Shown in pieces: positions 1 through 9,332 of a DNA stretch of 47,537 nt. Position 1 is the first letter of the stretch. Every line of letters begins with the position of its first letter. The notes beneath the pieces are model-generated. The model worked only from the letters and a program-made list of their open reading frames with translations, ran no database searches and was not told where the DNA came from. Source of the DNA: a virus (Duplodnaviria > Caudoviricetes); IMG/VR virus record IMGVR_UViG_3300017700_000726, positions 1-47,537 of that record; one strand, given 5' to 3'. The position numbers and the translations under genes were made by a program.

Positions 1-123
1 CTCCGCTAATCATACCTGTCGGCATAGTCAGCAGCAAGCAATCCTGGGGGGCATGTGAATAACGCCGAGTTCATCAAGCAGTATTACGGCATATGGGAGG
101 CCGCGCCCGATCCCATGCTTGCC
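1..123. repeat. Terminal direct repeat, left copy (circular-assembly overlap)
   Basis: 1-123 is identical to 47415-47537 and cuts through the 3' end of the DNA polymerase gene. Confidence 0.95.
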
Positions 124-462
124 GTGCTCCGTGTGCATCACATCGACACGGAACTGTATGATATGACCGTATGCACCGGCCCATTGACCCCGGACGGCGT
201 GCTACCGGCTAACGGGCGCGAGGGGGCCATGTGCGCGGCGTATGCGGCCCATTCGAAGCGCGAACGCATAGCCCAAACCGGCATGAGTGCATCCCAATGG
301 CGACGGTGCAACGAGGAATATCTTCGTTCCTGGCAGTACCACGATGATATGCAGCGGCTTTTCCAGGTGTTTCAATCGTTGGATGCGGATTCCTTGCGCG
401 CGTTACTGGCGAGTAATGTGCGCGTGAAACTCCCCAACACAGAGCGGCCATTTCGGGGGTGA
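55..462 (+). CDS. Hypothetical protein, last gene of the plus-strand arm
   Basis: GTG start overlaps the polymerase end across the circular junction; 135 aa; its 3' end runs through palindrome copy 1. Confidence 0.6.
   Translation: MNNAEFIKQYYGIWEAAPDPMLAVLRVHHIDTELYDMTVCTGPLTPDGVLPANGREGAMCAAYAAHSKRERIAQTGMSASQWRRCNEEYLRSWQYHDDMQRLFQVFQSLDADSLRALLASNVRVKLPNTERPFRG
389..430. repeat. 42-bp dispersed palindrome, copy 1
   Basis: ATTCCTTGCGCGCGTTAC-TGGCGA-GTAATGTGCGCGTGAAAC. Confidence 0.9.
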
Positions 463-516
463 GGGGAGATTCCGGGAATCGATTCCTATGGGGGTAGAGC
501 CTACCGCCATTCAACG

Positions 517-563
517 CAAAACGGGAGGCAATAGGATGTTATCCCTATTGCCTCCCGCCGTTT
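517..563. terminator. Likely bidirectional intrinsic terminator where the two arms converge
   Basis: Perfect 14-bp stem CGGGAGGCAATAGG (522-535)/CCTATTGCCTCCCG (544-557), with an A-run on the left and TTT on the right. Confidence 0.7.
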
Positions 564-618
564 GTGGGGTCGCTATTTCATGCCCCGATAATTCTATCTC
601 ACCCACTCAGCCATCAGA

Positions 619-660
619 ATTCCACCCGCACATTACTCTACTGTAACGTGCGCACAGAAC
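619..660. repeat. 42-bp dispersed palindrome, copy 2
   Basis: ATTCCACCCGCACATTAC-TCTACT-GTAACGTGCGCACAGAAC. Confidence 0.9.
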
Positions 661-668
661 CCTCCCCG

Positions 669-1130
669 CTACATCAAGCCTTCAGCTTTCAGCCTCTCCT
701 GACAAGCCCGCCCTGTGGCGAACCCCTCTTCCACTTTCACTTTTAACGACTTAATATCTCGCTCAATGTCGTCTCGAACCAGCCGGCCGGCGGGATTTCC
801 CTCGTCGCTGCCGCCGGTGCTTTCACTCGTGGTGGGTCCGGCAGCGGGACAGATTGCTTTTCCGACGCGCACCCTGCTAGCAGCAATGCGATCGACAACA
901 GGCTTGAGTTCCGCATAATCCTTCCTTTCGATAAAAGTGTTTGTTGCGGCAGTCGCCGCCGTTACTGCTACGTTGTCCTGCAATTTCGTGATTGCGGCTA
1001 CGGCATCCCGCGCGGCCCTGGCATCCGTCGCCCGATCAAACCCGCGCTGCCAGACCCAATCATACCCTACTACTGCTGCAGCGCTCAACGCCACAGCCGC
1101 GCATGCTTTCACCTGCCATCCGATAATCAT
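669..1130 (-). CDS. Rz: Rz-like inner-membrane spanin
   Basis: N-terminal hydrophobic helix, Ala-rich coiled region, RVRV..ICP and ACQ C-terminus like lambda Rz; hosts an embedded lipoprotein ORF. Confidence 0.8.
   Translation of the reverse strand: MIIGWQVKACAAVALSAAAVVGYDWVWQRGFDRATDARAARDAVAAITKLQDNVAVTAATAATNTFIERKDYAELKPVVDRIAASRVRVGKAICPAAGPTTSESTGGSDEGNPAGRLVRDDIERDIKSLKVKVEEGFATGRACQERLKAEGLM
743..916 (-). CDS. Rz1: Rz1-like outer-membrane spanin lipoprotein (57 aa, not in ORF track)
   Basis: Hand-translated MRNSSLLSIALLLAGC-ASEKQSVPLPDPPRVKAP...; LAGC lipobox, Pro-rich, AGGAAGG RBS, nested in Rz in another frame. Confidence 0.88.
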   Translation of the reverse strand: MRNSSLLSIALLLAGCASEKQSVPLPDPPRVKAPAAATREIPPAGWFETTLSEILSR

Positions 1131-1486
1131 ACCGTCACCTTTTCGGTTGTTTCCATCTTGGTTGTTGTTACTGTCCCTGCTACGCTGTCTCCTTTGCTAT
1201 CCGCTAACAGTTTCGTCACGATTGGAGTAATCCAAATCCCGCAGTAGATTCCGAAGAACCCCTCGGTCAGTGTCCCCTTGAGTTCCCGCACCACTACTAG
1301 CCAAGTACTAACTGCGAACGTGATCATGAATACCAGAGCGAATTTGCTGACCTTCCCGTTCTCCATGATCAGGTCAAAGACATTGAAATCAAAGCCTGGC
1401 TTCTTATGCGCGCGCCAGAAGGAAATAATGACAAACCCTGCAGCGACTGCAAGGATTGTCAGCATCCAGTCCGGTTGCCAGTTCAC
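1127..1486 (-). CDS. Putative holin, about 3 TM segments
   Basis: Three hydrophobic stretches; lies between endolysin and Rz with overlapping start/stop codons. Confidence 0.6.
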   Translation of the reverse strand: MNWQPDWMLTILAVAAGFVIISFWRAHKKPGFDFNVFDLIMENGKVSKFALVFMITFAVSTWLVVVRELKGTLTEGFFGIYCGIWITPIVTKLLADSKGDSVAGTVTTTKMETTEKVTV

Positions 1487-1926
1487 GTAGCCTCCAGGAA
1501 CATTTTCTGCTCAGCCGCGCGCCGACGCAGCAGTCCTTTCACTTCCTTGCCGTTGTCGAACTTCCAGCGGAGGAACTCTTTCGCAGCACCTTCAGTGTCA
1601 CCTGCGTTCAACTTCGCGACCAGCGTGCTCTTGCGGAATGCGTTCCCTCCGATGTTGTAAACCAGCGAGCACAGTGCATCGAATTGCCCCTGCAACAGCC
1701 ACCCGCGAACATACGTGTTGACACTTGCTTCGGCGTCAGCCACTTCTGCTTCCAGCCATGCATCGGCCTGCGCTTGCGTACAGGTTTGGCCGTTCTTCAC
1801 TCCAGCCGTATGCCCCCAGCCAATAGTCCACACTCCGCCGCCATCTGGGTAAGCTTCCAGTCGGCACTGCTCAAACTCTTGGATCAGCGCCTTGCGACCT
1901 TCCGATGACATTTTCATTGCATGCAT
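1483..1926 (-). CDS. Endolysin, GH24 phage lysozyme
   Basis: FEQCRLEAYPDGGGVWTIGWGHT (E-x8-D-x5-T triad), QFDALCSLVYNIG, GLLRRRAAE. Confidence 0.95.
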   Translation of the reverse strand: MHAMKMSSEGRKALIQEFEQCRLEAYPDGGGVWTIGWGHTAGVKNGQTCTQAQADAWLEAEVADAEASVNTYVRGWLLQGQFDALCSLVYNIGGNAFRKSTLVAKLNAGDTEGAAKEFLRWKFDNGKEVKGLLRRRAAEQKMFLEAT

Positions 1927-1938
1927 GACCTTCTCCTT

Positions 1939-2217
1939 TTACCCTTGCGTGATAGAAATCTTCAGTGCTTTCCAGCACACTCCGATTAGGATGCCGGCTC
2001 CGGCAAGTGCCCCGACTTTGGCAATATTGATAAAGGCTTCCCGGACCATCTTGTTTCGCAGTTCCCTCCATTCGATCACCGATTCATGATAACGCCGATG
2101 GCCGTCGGTATCACCGGCAGGAAATGCTTGTAAAACTTTTTCCAGGTCATTTTTGATGATAGTAACCTGCTGATTGATCTGCTTCAGGATTTCTTGATTT
2201 TCTTGTAGATCTGCCAT
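1939..2217 (-). CDS. Small membrane protein of the lysis cassette (holin/antiholin-like)
   Basis: Coiled-coil N-terminus plus a single C-terminal TM; immediately upstream of endolysin. Confidence 0.5.
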   Translation of the reverse strand: MADLQENQEILKQINQQVTIIKNDLEKVLQAFPAGDTDGHRRYHESVIEWRELRNKMVREAFINIAKVGALAGAGILIGVCWKALKISITQG

Positions 2218-2240
2218 TTTGGCCTCCTTTAAGTGGTGAG

Positions 2241-3716
2241 TTAAGCTGGGCCCATGATGATGTGATGGAATGCAGTATCAACAAGAGCACTTGCCGCATT
2301 CCTCCAAACAATATTAGCTGTTCCCGTGGTAGTTCCAACTGCGGCCGAAACCGCCACACCTGTGGAATCAATTGCCGATACCGTAATTGACGGAGCCGCT
2401 GAAAATGTGGTCAGAAACGTGATGGTGTAATTACCAATTGAGTTACGAACTACCGTAAACCCAGCTCCGGTGGAAAGCGCGCCGACTGCACTGACTGACC
2501 CCCGCAATGATCGCAGCCGTTCACCGTTAGTCCCAGGTTGAATATACCCACCAGCGGCATAAACAAAGTCCAGAGTGGATAATCCAGCGAAGCCACCAAC
2601 GTCCCCAATCAGAGTTACATGGGAAGTGGCAACGAATAAATGCAAATTCGAGCCATTTACCAGATAGTTACCAGTGGCAAAGCCATTTACAGAACGCCCC
2701 CAACGAATTGGGTAGTAAGCTGGATTTCCATAGTTGGCTACTGTGGGGGAAATCATATTTGCAGTGATAGTAATCGCCCCATTGGGGGTAAGGTTCGCGG
2801 CATTCCGTGCAGTATCGAATTTCATTTCGACGCCGCCATTCCCTTCGAAGTAGTTACTACTGATATTTAACCCTTGACAACGATCAGCTGTAATTACATC
2901 GCCGGTGAGGGACTGCAAGAGGCAATTTGTCACCGAACATCCCAATACCGGGTCGGGGCTGAACGCATCATTGCAGACCAGATACAGGAATTCCCCGCCG
3001 GCTTCCGCCCAGCATTGATTGAGCTTTACGTCATAGGCACCGCCGGTACTGGACAAGAAGGTGCCCAAATAGCCATAGGCCCGGCACTGCTGGAAGTACC
3101 AAGTTTGCAGATACCAAGTTGAGACGGCAGCTTTGATTCGGTGGAATACACAGCCACTAAACATCATGCGCAGGAACTTATTACCGTCCACTGCGTAAGC
3201 TGGTAGCGATGGGGTGGAGGCCCGAAAGGTGATGTTCTGGAAAAACACCATCTGAGAGGCCGGGTTATTTCCAGCTGATAATGTGCTGCTGAACATTGTC
3301 AGCCCCGCCGTTACCAGGAAAGAAGCTCCAGTCCCTCGACCCTCGATGTAGAAGAAGGCGTTGCAAGCAGCTCCGTCAACTGTTCGGTCAATGTTGATGG
3401 AGCTGCCGAGTTTTGTAGGCCCCGGCACCTCCATCACAGCCGGTGGGTCAAATGTCAGGCAATGGTTAACGCAAAGCTGTACTGCTGCACTGTCGTCGGT
3501 AACGCCGTTGCAGACTGCCCCGAAATCCTTGATATTAACGGAATCCCGCAGCTTGGATTGACCAGTGCGAGCAGTGGCCCCGGTGCCGGCTTGCAAAAAG
3601 CCAAAAAGGGCCGCCCCACTGGGGAGAGGTAATCCTACCTTCAGGTCATCAATTTCATTCAGCCAGGTAGCGGTAACTGGAGTAGTAGGATCGAAGTCCC
3701 GGAAGCGAGTGCTCAT
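2241..3716 (-). CDS. Tailspike/tail fibre with pectate-lyase-like beta-helix
   Basis: VNIKDFGAVCNGVTDDSAAVQ motif typical of tailspike beta-helix starts, followed by repetitive beta-rich sequence. Confidence 0.8.
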   Translation of the reverse strand: MSTRFRDFDPTTPVTATWLNEIDDLKVGLPLPSGAALFGFLQAGTGATARTGQSKLRDSVNIKDFGAVCNGVTDDSAAVQLCVNHCLTFDPPAVMEVPGPTKLGSSINIDRTVDGAACNAFFYIEGRGTGASFLVTAGLTMFSSTLSAGNNPASQMVFFQNITFRASTPSLPAYAVDGNKFLRMMFSGCVFHRIKAAVSTWYLQTWYFQQCRAYGYLGTFLSSTGGAYDVKLNQCWAEAGGEFLYLVCNDAFSPDPVLGCSVTNCLLQSLTGDVITADRCQGLNISSNYFEGNGGVEMKFDTARNAANLTPNGAITITANMISPTVANYGNPAYYPIRWGRSVNGFATGNYLVNGSNLHLFVATSHVTLIGDVGGFAGLSTLDFVYAAGGYIQPGTNGERLRSLRGSVSAVGALSTGAGFTVVRNSIGNYTITFLTTFSAAPSITVSAIDSTGVAVSAAVGTTTGTANIVWRNAASALVDTAFHHIIMGPA

Positions 3717-3728
3717 TGCAGGGTTCCT

Positions 3729-4052
3729 TTAAGGAAGAACAGGTGTGAAAGCAGTGTTAACGTAGCTCGGGATCATGCAGCCTGGAACACCGTAGCTAGG
3801 AATTGCATTGTTGGACTGCATCGTGCACTGGATTGTGATGAACTGGTCCGGCGGTTCAGGGCGAGACCACGGCACGGTTTGGTCGTCCTTGACACCTCGG
3901 ACAAAGTCCTGCGGGTTTCGGACTTCGCGGTGCCGGGAGCAGACGTACCTGCCGTCCCAGGTCTTCATGGCCTTGCCGGACTTTTCGAGCTTACCGCAGA
4001 GGTCGCAGGTGAAGTTCCACTGGCCGGAAACGTAAGAGGGCTTGGAAGGCAT
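3729..4052 (-). CDS. Hypothetical protein with CxxC motif
   Basis: CDLCG...VCSRH..RNPQDFVRG; in the virion gene cluster. Confidence 0.7.
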   Translation of the reverse strand: MPSKPSYVSGQWNFTCDLCGKLEKSGKAMKTWDGRYVCSRHREVRNPQDFVRGVKDDQTVPWSRPEPPDQFITIQCTMQSNNAIPSYGVPGCMIPSYVNTAFTPVLP

Positions 4053-4064
4053 CGGGAGTCCTAG

Positions 4065-4331
4065 TTAAACGGCGGTGCCGTTAGCGATGAGGGCCAAGCG
4101 CAGCGCGTTCGCGAGGGCCATCGTGGTAGCGGGGTCAACCGCAGCAGCAGGGACCGCGTATGCGGCTTGGGGGACCGCGCCGTTAGCGCCGAACTTCCCC
4201 ACGGTGAGGTCGCCAAATGTTACTGTTGGTGCGGTGATTGCTTTCTGCAGCGCATCGAACCATTGTTGCCACACGCTCGCACCGAAGCCGGACGGATCGA
4301 GCGGGGGGCATGGAGGGAATTTGAAGGCCAT
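4065..4331 (-). CDS. Hypothetical, possibly virion, protein
   Basis: ORF on the operon strand; ATG at 4331 preferred over TTG at 4340. Confidence 0.6.
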   Translation of the reverse strand: MAFKFPPCPPLDPSGFGASVWQQWFDALQKAITAPTVTFGDLTVGKFGANGAVPQAAYAVPAAAVDPATTMALANALRLALIANGTAV

Positions 4332-4359
4332 GGTACGCAACTTTCGGGAATAGTTAGGA

Positions 4360-4401
4360 GTTTTGCCCTCACGTTACACCGGAGTAATGTGCGCATGGAA
4401 T
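4360..4401. repeat. 42-bp dispersed palindrome, copy 3
   Basis: GTTTTGCCCTCACGTTAC-ACCGGA-GTAATGTGCGCATGGAAT. Confidence 0.92.
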
Positions 4402-4732
4402 GAAAAAACGACCGGAGCAGCGAGCAGTCTCCCGCTCAAGCTGCCCCGGCCCAAGACCATCGAGGGGACAGCTGCAGAGTCGCAGGAGCTGGCTGTGGCA
4501 GCAAGTCCCGGTCCGGAAGCCCCGCCGGGCACCGCGCACAAACAACTTGCCGGAAGATCTTGACACGGACCCCCAGTCCACATTATACTAATTCTGTTGA
4601 CTCACCCCCCCACTGCTGCTGGCGCTCGGGCTGGGTGTCGGGTTGAGGGCGGCTAGCTCCGGGGCGGTACTGGCTGGCTGTTCTTATTAATAGGGGGCGC
4701 GCGGGCCGGGGAGGCTGGGGGGCGCATGGGGA

Positions 4733-4774
4733 GTTTTGCCCTCACATTACTCCGGTGTAACGTGCGCATGAAAC
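4733..4774. repeat. 42-bp dispersed palindrome, copy 4
   Basis: GTTTTGCCCTCACATTAC-TCCGGT-GTAACGTGCGCATGAAAC. Confidence 0.92.
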
Positions 4775-4990
4775 TCCGGCCCCGGCCCCGAGCGCATGCG
4801 AGAGTCCCCCGGTGCCAGCCCCTTCTGCCCCCAGCCACCCTCCAATTTCCGCGTCCGCCTCCGCAGCTAGCCCTACCGTGCTACCGCCACTATTAACAGT
4901 TGCCGCTACCTGAAGTGGAAACGGAGCGGGAGACCGGCCACAATTAATGGCTTTACTCTCGCTCCGCTCGTTACAGCTACTTGCGACTTG

Positions 4991-6937
4991 CTATTCCTCT
5001 TCTGCTTCTGCTGCCCCGGCCGCTCCGGCAGCCCCTCCAGCCTCAATCCCAGCCTTCCGAGCCATGGCCATCATCATCATATTCCGCAGCGTAACCATCC
5101 GTTTCTGCTTCAGCCCGGACTCCGCCGTACTTTTAACTACTTCAACCCCGCTCCGCAGCTGCTTCAGATCCGCCGGATTCAACAATTTCGCATTAACCAG
5201 CACGCTTTGCAGCCGCTCGAACTCCCCAACAATAGCTTTCGGCTCCTGATTTGCCAGATGCCGCGCCAACGTGGCTTGGATAAATGGCTTGGCTTCAGGA
5301 TCCTTTTCCAGATTCCGCACCATCTTGGCGAACTCTTTCTCTTTCCCGAACCCTTTGTACAAAAAGTGCGGCAGCTCATCTTTCGCTTGCGCAATCATTT
5401 CCGTGCTGTAGGCTTTGCGATATTGCTGCTCCACCTTGCCCAGCCCGAGCTTCTCCGTGTAGCCATTAAAGCTCCGTTGCAGTGCCGAGCGGACATCCGC
5501 TGCGACTTGGCGGTCAATCACAGCGGCTCCTGAAGCTGCAGCGCCCTCGGCTGGCTTGCCCCATTGCCGGATCTGATCATCCACCATCTTCGCGTAATCC
5601 CCCAGCACCCGCTCATTGCCACTGCCCTTGGCCCGGTCCAGCCGCAACTTCCGCAGCAACTCCGCTGCTTCAGCCTTACCGACACTGCCCATGGTGACTT
5701 GATGCTCCAGCTCCTTCTGAAACTGAGCATACTCCGGCGTAGAGCTAAAGGTCTTGCCTTCCTTTACGCCTTGCGTAACTCCTTGGTAGAGCCGCTCACG
5801 GTACAGTTGACTCGCCGGTTTGAGTGCTGCCTCCGCTGCTGCAGCTTCCTGCTTCTCCGCTTCCAGTTGCGCCGCCGTGCGCTTGGCTTTAGCCCCGGCT
5901 TTGCCAGCTGCCATCCCGGCAGTTTCAGCTTCCGGCTTCATCTGTGCACGCAAAGGCACTGGCTCCGCAAGCGGATTTGCCTTCGGACCCCCAGCTCCAG
6001 ACAGCAGTGGTGGCTGCCCCGGCGGAGCAAAGCCTGCTGGAGGAGTCCGCTGCCCGGTCGCTGCGGCAAGATCCCGCCCCATGCTCTGTGCGCCCATGCT
6101 TTCCATTTCGCCAGTCGAGCTCTCCCACATCGGGCGTAGGCCTCCAGCCGGAGCTTTCGGCCCCGCGAGCAGGCTCGGGTCGGCCTTGCGAAGCGCTTCC
6201 TGCGCAGCCACACGGTGCTCGCTGCCGATCAAACCATTGACATAGCCACCAGTCTTGTCCCCGAACAGCTTCTTTTGCAGCTTCAGCGCTGTCGCTTCGT
6301 TGAGCTGTTTGTTCGGCGAAAGCATCCCGCCAAGCGCGCGGGCCATTCCAGGAGTGTGCCCATAGCCCAGATTCCCTACAAATTTCAGCAGTGCCCCGGT
6401 TTCCTTTGTCAGGAAGCTCGCGGCGGCTTCACCAGTGCCTCCCGCGACGAGCGAACCGGCCGCAGTCAATGCTGGTGGCGCTCCCAAAGCTTCCCCGAGA
6501 GCCTCGGTAGCCCCCATTGCAGCACCGCCGCCCGCACCTTTAACCACGCGCTCTTTGAGCGGCAGCGCCCCCATGCCCTCGCCCAGCCCCGTCAGCAACT
6601 TCCCGATAGCTCCCGGCACGAGCTTACCGGCGCCCTTGAGCAGCCCCGGCATCACCGCACCGGCGGCAGCACCAGCAGCCGCACCACCGGAGACTTTCCC
6701 TGCAGCTTCCTCGAGTGACATTTCCTTCGGGTCCTTGCTCTGGAACCACGTGGAGGGCGACCAGCCACTCGCGGCTTCGGCTACGGCCTCCACCGGATGC
6801 ACTGGCACGGCGCTGATACTGTCCTTCGGGACTTTGGCTTGCTCTGCCCGGATGTAATCCGCCAGTCGCTGTGCCGTTGCGCGATCACCAGCGGCGTGAG
6901 CCTTTTCCAGTCCTGCATATGCCTCTTCGATATCCAT
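4991..6937 (-). CDS. Putative internal virion/DNA ejection protein (large)
   Basis: 648 aa, Gly/Ala-rich hydrophobic segments; third of three ejection-type genes. Confidence 0.6.
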   Translation of the reverse strand: MDIEEAYAGLEKAHAAGDRATAQRLADYIRAEQAKVPKDSISAVPVHPVEAVAEAASGWSPSTWFQSKDPKEMSLEEAAGKVSGGAAAGAAAGAVMPGLLKGAGKLVPGAIGKLLTGLGEGMGALPLKERVVKGAGGGAAMGATEALGEALGAPPALTAAGSLVAGGTGEAAASFLTKETGALLKFVGNLGYGHTPGMARALGGMLSPNKQLNEATALKLQKKLFGDKTGGYVNGLIGSEHRVAAQEALRKADPSLLAGPKAPAGGLRPMWESSTGEMESMGAQSMGRDLAAATGQRTPPAGFAPPGQPPLLSGAGGPKANPLAEPVPLRAQMKPEAETAGMAAGKAGAKAKRTAAQLEAEKQEAAAAEAALKPASQLYRERLYQGVTQGVKEGKTFSSTPEYAQFQKELEHQVTMGSVGKAEAAELLRKLRLDRAKGSGNERVLGDYAKMVDDQIRQWGKPAEGAAASGAAVIDRQVAADVRSALQRSFNGYTEKLGLGKVEQQYRKAYSTEMIAQAKDELPHFLYKGFGKEKEFAKMVRNLEKDPEAKPFIQATLARHLANQEPKAIVGEFERLQSVLVNAKLLNPADLKQLRSGVEVVKSTAESGLKQKRMVTLRNMMMMAMARKAGIEAGGAAGAAGAAEAEEE

Positions 6938-6962
6938 CGGGAATTCCTTTCAGTTGTTGCTG

Positions 6963-8426
6963 TTACGGGTGGGCCGGGTAGGCATCGAGCAGGTTCTGGC
7001 GGGCTTTCGCAGCTGGCTCTGGCGTCGCCGGGGCAAAGCCTGGATCGTCGTCGTTGCTGCCCAGACTGGAAAGCTTCTCCATGAAGGTCTGTTTTGGCTT
7101 CCGCAATTTGAGCTTAATGCCCTGAGCTTTTGCAGCTTCATAAACTTGCTGCGCCGAAGGGAAGTTATTCAATGCCTTCTCGGCGCTTGTCCGGGCATGA
7201 TCCATTGACCGCAACTTTGGCACAGCTTCCAGTCGCGTTTTCATCATATCCGCTGTCAGAGCCATACGATACACTGCAGTCCAGCCAGTGTCCCCTGGAA
7301 TTGGCTCCACTACGCGACGCATTTCTGAAATCTGTTCTTTGTTTGGTTTGTATGGAGCGGCCATGGCCTGGGCTCCTTCCATTCCCAGCATCTGCACATT
7401 GGCCTGCATCATCTGGACTTGCTCGTTGGAGAGCTTGTTCGCGCCAGTGGTCTGGAGGGACTTGAGCATGGACTTCGGATCGTCCAGGTGCGCAAACACG
7501 CCAATACGAGTTCCGGTGTCCATCTTGGACATGCGTGTCAGGGCCTGCCCGGCTTCGTTCGCGGCGTTGACAACCATCATGGTCTGGCGTTCGAGGGTGG
7601 CAGAGGGCTTCACGGCGAAGCCATCGGCGTCGAGGCCGCCAGCAGTTGCCGCTGCCCCCTTTGCCGTGCGAGCTTCGATCACGCTGTCGGCAAGAGCTTT
7701 CCGGATATCGCGATTGGCATCGCGGTCAGCATCAGCTCGTTCCCGTGCCAGTGCCCGATCCTTGCGGGCTTCGTCGCGATCCTTGTTACGTTCGGCTTCT
7801 TGTTCCTTGCGCTCCTTCGTCCGCAGGTCAAATTCCCGCTTTTTCTCCAGGAATTCCAGTCGTTTCTGTCCTTTCATAGCGCCGAGCGCGGCCTGGTTTG
7901 CGAAGCTGGCATACTCAGTAGTGCCAGGGAGGGGAATATCCGCCGGGTTGACGCCAGCGGCAACAGCTTTCTGCACCAGCACCTTGTGGTTTTCGGGGCT
8001 TGGCGCCTCCAGTGCGTTCTGCGCAGCCACGGAAAGCTCGTTCGCGGTGCTGACATCTTCTTTGTCCTTCTGAATTTGGGCCTTGCCAGCCACGCCGATT
8101 TGGCCAGAGGCAAGCTCTGCCATTTTCTTGGCACCGTCGAAATCACCACTTTCCGCCGCGAACTTGCTCGCGCGCACAAACTGCTGTGCGGTATCGAAAG
8201 CGGCATCGGCTTCGCCCGCTTGCAGTGCCGAGTCCGAGCGCAGCCATTCTGCCAGGGCGTTGTCATTGCGCGCGCTCTTTTCGCGTTCAGCACCGACTGC
8301 TTTCGAGTTTGCGACTTGCTGCTCTTTCATCGCAATGTCGGCTTTTTTATCGTCGAGGTCCGCGAGCACTCGCTGGCCCGCCATGTTGGCCCCGACAGCT
8401 TGGTCGAGTAGTCCAAAGAAATCCAT
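6963..8426 (-). CDS. Putative internal virion/DNA ejection protein
   Basis: 487 aa, helical and charged coiled-coil character; position after the gp7-like gene. Confidence 0.6.
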   Translation of the reverse strand: MDFFGLLDQAVGANMAGQRVLADLDDKKADIAMKEQQVANSKAVGAEREKSARNDNALAEWLRSDSALQAGEADAAFDTAQQFVRASKFAAESGDFDGAKKMAELASGQIGVAGKAQIQKDKEDVSTANELSVAAQNALEAPSPENHKVLVQKAVAAGVNPADIPLPGTTEYASFANQAALGAMKGQKRLEFLEKKREFDLRTKERKEQEAERNKDRDEARKDRALARERADADRDANRDIRKALADSVIEARTAKGAAATAGGLDADGFAVKPSATLERQTMMVVNAANEAGQALTRMSKMDTGTRIGVFAHLDDPKSMLKSLQTTGANKLSNEQVQMMQANVQMLGMEGAQAMAAPYKPNKEQISEMRRVVEPIPGDTGWTAVYRMALTADMMKTRLEAVPKLRSMDHARTSAEKALNNFPSAQQVYEAAKAQGIKLKLRKPKQTFMEKLSSLGSNDDDPGFAPATPEPAAKARQNLLDAYPAHP

Positions 8427-8443
8427 TACAAGCTCCTAGAAGG

Positions 8444-8998
8444 TTAGAACAGGGCGCCAGCGCCACCGTAGCCAGAGGTTTCCACCCCACCACCGCCGGA
8501 GCCGCCACCAGTGTTGAGGCCACTCCACCAGTTCTGAATGATAGGCGCGGCCTTGTTCGCAAGGTTTTGCCAGCCCGCAGCGGAGTTCGCTTGGTTGCCC
8601 TGGATGATTTGACCGGCCGCAGCGGGAGACCCCACGTTAGCTCCAGCAAGCTGCGAAAGCCGCGAGTACTGGTTAGCGTACTCAGTGGAGGCTTGCCCTT
8701 GGCCGTAGTCCTGCAACGCGGCGAGACGATTGCCACTGCGCAGCAAGCCCGAAGCAGCCGCGCCGCGATTCACACCTTCCATGCCCTGGTCAAAGCGCCA
8801 TTTGTACGAAGGGTCCGTCGGGGTGAACTGACCTGTCATCAGAGTTTTGAGGTCAGTTTGATAGGCATCCCGCTCCGAGCCGAAGGGATCAGCAGCAGCC
8901 GCTGCCGCACTCTGCCCTTGCTGAGCTTTCTTGGCATTCTTGTTACTGCTGTAAGCACCGTAAGCGGCTACAGCTGTTCCGACATAAGCGAAGGGCAT
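8444..8998 (-). CDS. P22 gp7-like DNA transfer (ejection) protein
   Basis: Gly/Ala-rich N-terminus and DPSYKWRFDQG..AAASGLLRSG..LAALQDYGQGQASTEY motif. Confidence 0.7.
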   Translation of the reverse strand: MPFAYVGTAVAAYGAYSSNKNAKKAQQGQSAAAAAADPFGSERDAYQTDLKTLMTGQFTPTDPSYKWRFDQGMEGVNRGAAASGLLRSGNRLAALQDYGQGQASTEYANQYSRLSQLAGANVGSPAAAGQIIQGNQANSAAGWQNLANKAAPIIQNWWSGLNTGGGSGGGGVETSGYGGAGALF

Positions 8999-8999
8999 T

Positions 9000-9332
9000 T
9001 CAAGCTCCTTTAGCGATGATTATCGCATCGATTTTTTCAGGGTCGGTATCGAATTCAGATTCCGACAGTGCGTGAGTGCAGAGCCATGTGATGGCTGTGA
9101 GGGCGCGGATGCTGTGCATGGCGCCTGCTGCAACGTTGACTATGGCCGGAGCCTTGAGCAGTTGCGGTGCGCCGTCAACGGTAAGGATGGCAGAGCCTTC
9201 CGCGAGGATGCTGAAGTGGCTGAAAGCATGGGTGTGCTTGCCCAATTCGTAGCCAGCAGGAATGCGTGTTTCCTTGATGTACTGGCCGTCTGCGAAGTGG
9301 TGCCGGATTTGGCAATCGGAAGAGAGGTTCAC
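9000..9332 (-). CDS. Cupin-fold protein
   Basis: KHTHAFSHFSILAEGSA ... AGAMHSIRAL cupin motifs 1 and 2. Confidence 0.75.
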   Translation of the reverse strand: MNLSSDCQIRHHFADGQYIKETRIPAGYELGKHTHAFSHFSILAEGSAILTVDGAPQLLKAPAIVNVAAGAMHSIRALTAITWLCTHALSESEFDTDPEKIDAIIIAKGA

